From NCBI GenBank assembly GCA_965603825.1, contig CBFDEM010000001.1:620001-684000 (forward strand): a stretch of DNA of 64,000 nt. Direction: 5' to 3'. Source of the DNA: Blepharisma stoltei ATCC 30299. Its lineage: Eukaryota > Protista > Ciliophora. The notes below the pieces were generated by a model. That model was not told where the DNA came from and searched no databases. It saw nothing but the letters and a program-made list of their open reading frames with translations. Both the position numbers and the translations under genes were made by a program. Positions 60,944 through 64,000 of the stretch are shown one piece after another. How positions within the stretch are numbered: position 1 is the first letter of the stretch; each line of letters begins with the position of its first letter.

Positions 60944-61938
60944 TAATCAGAATCTTTTCTGAGCGAATTTTGCTTTATTTAATAATACTCTGTTACCTCA
61001 CTTTGAAGTAGTATGAAAAAGAATAGGCAAAAAGCATTTAGATTTTTAAGAAGGTAAATAAGTTTAGCTTACGAAGCAGTGAGCGCTACCGACCAGTCTT
61101 ATATTTTGGCATATTTTCTTTTTCAATCTTACTCATTTTTACTTGCTTTCCTTACTTATTTCTTTACCCAAAAATTTCTCCCTTTTCATGGTCATTTGAT
61201 TTATGGCATTCTTCATTTTCCATTTTGGCACCTGGCTAATATATATGGCCACTGATTTCTTACTGAATCTTCAATAAAAGTGATTTGTTTAAATGCTTAT
61301 TGATTCCGATTCAGTTTTATTGTTGTCATCCCTTATGGAATATCAATTTCAGGGCTATTCAAATCTTTTGCTTCTGCTTTTCTAATAGCTTTTTATTGTA
61401 ATATCTTCATAAATCAGTCAGTGTTTCTCCCAAGACCTCATTATCAAAATAGATCTTGAAAAGCCTATCGGCCTTCACGAAAAATCAGATTCGCGTGAAT
61501 TTCTTCCAGAAATTGAGTTCAGTTGGTAGCCATTTATAGTAATTCCTTCTTCTTTAATTCAATGGAGAGCCGAGAGTTGATCTTCAATATCAATATTCAT
61601 CATTCTATTTATTTATTGCATAAAAGTTAAGTTGTGTACTATTGTCAGCATATATGCTGATTTGCCCTAGAGAATGCTAAAGCATGGGTGCCTTATTAGT
61701 TGAGCCAATGTCCTCAAGGGCGTCGAGCTCATCAAAGAGAGTATATTTAATATTGAAATAGTACTTTCCTAAAATTCTAAATGAAAGCAATAAAATGAAA
61801 AAATAACTTTTGAATTAATAACAACAAAATTGGAAGGCTAATGAGCACACAATATTCGAGATTAGGATAAGCCAAAATTCAATTTATTCAAGCTATCAGC
61901 TAAATACTTTAAACTAGAATGAATTGATAACTTTATAT

Positions 61939-64000
61939 TTAATAGTTATTATTAAAAATATGATCTTGAGATGAATTTGATAGATTCCCAAAATTCGGAA
62001 CTTTGTCTTTGTTTTCTATAATTTTTCCTTTAAGCTTTGCTAGTTCCATAGCGCTAATTTGATTTCCCATTGAAAATTTGAAAAACATGGTGATATCGAC
62101 GACTTTATCAGCAATTAATAAGCTTGGAAAAAACTTGCACTGAATGGTAATACCAACTGCTACTAAGATACACCACACTAAGAATTGAAGCATAAGCCAT
62201 AAGATTGGAGAGTCAAAACGTGCTAATCAATAAAGAGATGACAAAATATAATTCCATAAAATAGCTATATATGAGATAGTCAACCAAAGATTGACTCGGT
62301 GATAATTGTAAGGGCTTTGCTTAAAGCATAAAAACAGTATTAATACCAAAATGATGATGCAGAAAAGGCCATGCAAAGACTCATCATAGGGTTTTGAAGT
62401 TTTAGTTAACACAACAATGAGAAGCTGGATAATCGTTTTTTCTATGGTAAAAAGAGGTTTTGCTTTTATATTAATGTAATCATTGGTATTCTCATAATAA
62501 ATTCTAAAATAAAGAGAAAGAGGAATATAAGCAATTAAGGAAATTATTGAGAAAACTCCTCATATAAGATATTTATCGCCCCAGCAATAAGTTGCACAGT
62601 CATGCTTAATAAAAGAATCAGAAACGTTTGGACCAATTCCTTTGTCACATTCAAAAATACTTAATATTATTGAAATCATAGGTACAAACATCATATTTCC
62701 TATTATTGGCAGCATAATCATTGAAAGATCTCTTGCATAATTCAGTATCTTAAATGTTTTGAAAGCTAATAAAAATGCTGAAGCAACACAGTAGCAAGAA
62801 ATAATCAATGCTAAATATAAGTAGTCTCAATAAGCATCACCTGAAACATTAGAGTCAAAATGAATTACTGAATAATTACTTAACCAGGAAAGCCAAGGAA
62901 ATAATCCACTTATATCTGGCCCTTGAGAAATAAATTGAAACAAATCTATAACTATAATCCCCATTACAATATAATCTTCGAAATGGGAATGGATAGGTGT
63001 TGTTAATTTTTCTATCACTATATCTTTTCAGAATATTTTCCATAAATAAAAAGATTCAATAATTGTAATAAAAATAAATGAGATAGTAATTGCATATAAA
63101 ATTCCAGCACCTCTTTCAGAATGAGAAATATTCCGAGCAGGAAATGGGCAATCATTTTCATATGTTACTAAGTCACTTGGTGCAATTGTAGTGTTATCAT
63201 ACCATATAATTTCAGAATAAAAAGTAATCAATTGAGAACTACTAGCATCATATTGTCCTACAAGTTCTTCATACATGAATTGCTCTTTTTCATTTCATTT
63301 TAAGTTAAAAATCACAATTGTAGGTATGCTTCTCTGATTGCCCTCCGGCTCAATCGATATTGACCCAGAGCATCCTAAAAATTTTTGTTTTCTAAGATTT
63401 TCATTCATTACTTGGTGATCATTCACGTTTTGGCCTTGCTTTATAGTAAACTCTATTCCATTTAGAAGCAGAATTGTCGCATCAAATGCTAAGCAGCGAA
63501 AATCTGTCTCATTTCCATATTCTTTTATAAACCCGTTTTTTATTTTTTGTCCATACTCACCAATCCATTCGCCTTGGGCAGTTATAACTGTACCATACAG
63601 CAGCTCAATAATTTTTCTTTGTTGAACTAAATCAGTTTCCCACACAATAGAATAAGCGAGCCTTGCATTAGATAAAAATAAAGCGTCGCCCCTCCTTAAT
63701 CCTGCGTCATAAAAACTTTCAACTATATAAAACCAAAAGGGAGGAGTTAAAAAGATAACAAAAAGTCTCACTTTTAAGCTAATTATTTTAGCAAATCAGT
63801 TTTTTCATTTAGGATACTCATCTTTAGTGTAAAACATGTCCATAGTTCGAAGATCAGGACTATTTGCAATTTTCATATTATTTTTTGCGATTTTTTCCAC
63901 AAAATAATTATAAGTCCCTAAATTATCTTCGTCGTAGATGATAATAAAATGTTTCCAGCCGAAAACTCCTGCAAGATTTAAGATGACGCCTGTGTTAAAT
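61939..64000 (-). CDS. Receptor-like protein: periplasmic-binding (Venus-flytrap/ANF-receptor) ectodomain + about 9 TM; 5' end outside the window
   Basis: FGWKHFIIIYDED, AFDATILLLNGI and LRKQKFLGCSGSISI are typical of type-1 PBP ectodomains. Successive hydrophobic ORFs join in one frame by TGA=W; TAA at 61939. Confidence 0.78.

Noticed and set aside
1-64000. Bacterial or Mycoplasma-like origin suggested by TGA=Trp and histidine kinases
   Set aside because: Spliceosomal introns and eukaryote-specific genes (ARPC4, cofilin, kinesin, PEX5, USP, Myb) are present.
1-64000. Mass pseudogenisation or selenocysteine as the explanation for in-frame TGA
   Set aside because: TGA aligns with TGG in paralogs and with conserved Trp, not Cys, and frames are otherwise intact.
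1-64000. TAG=Gln or a fully ambiguous stop code
   Set aside because: In-frame TAA/TAG occur only at gene ends, in or at the edge of 15-nt introns, or in clear pseudogenes. The HK5 TAG aligns with the HK1 TAA.
1-64000. Telomeric repeats, rRNA/tRNA genes, IES or transposon termini
   Set aside because: None recognised by eye; tRNAscan and Infernal were not run, so small RNAs could be missed.

Overview
This is not prokaryotic DNA. It is an AT-rich, gene-dense eukaryotic region in which TGA encodes Trp, TAA/TAG are the stops, and introns are only 15 nt long. That combination matches the macronuclear genome of a heterotrich ciliate such as Blepharisma (an inference, not a database match). The supplied ORF track breaks most genes at TGA; re-reading with TGA=Trp and removing five 15-nt introns gives about 25 intact genes. 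Housekeeping genes are ARPC4, an ANTH/AP180-like adaptor, a two-repeat Myb, a RING-H2 ligase, a ZnF-UBP deubiquitinase, ADF/cofilin, a small GTPase, kinesin-1, two alpha carbonic anhydrases, PEX5, an RCC1-repeat protein and a Sen1/Upf1-like helicase. Fast-turnover families are: (1) two ~850-aa uncharacterised HEXXH zincin-like paralogs plus a relic; (2) four intact membrane hybrid histidine kinases plus a pseudogene, a fragment and a separate pseudokinase; (3) three Zn-finger/pentapeptide/WD40 genes that resemble NACHT-WD40 (NLR-like) proteins without the NTPase. An inverted duplication with reciprocal pseudogenisation links the kinase and WD40 clusters. A calcineurin-A pseudogene, a frameshifted GPI-type Cys-rich surface gene and a partial Venus-flytrap + ~9-TM receptor are also present. 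I found no rRNA, tRNA, CRISPR array, telomere repeat or convincing transposon. The best novelty candidates are the NTPase-less NLR-like family, the zincin family and the flytrap-9TM receptor. All three are unverified inferences.
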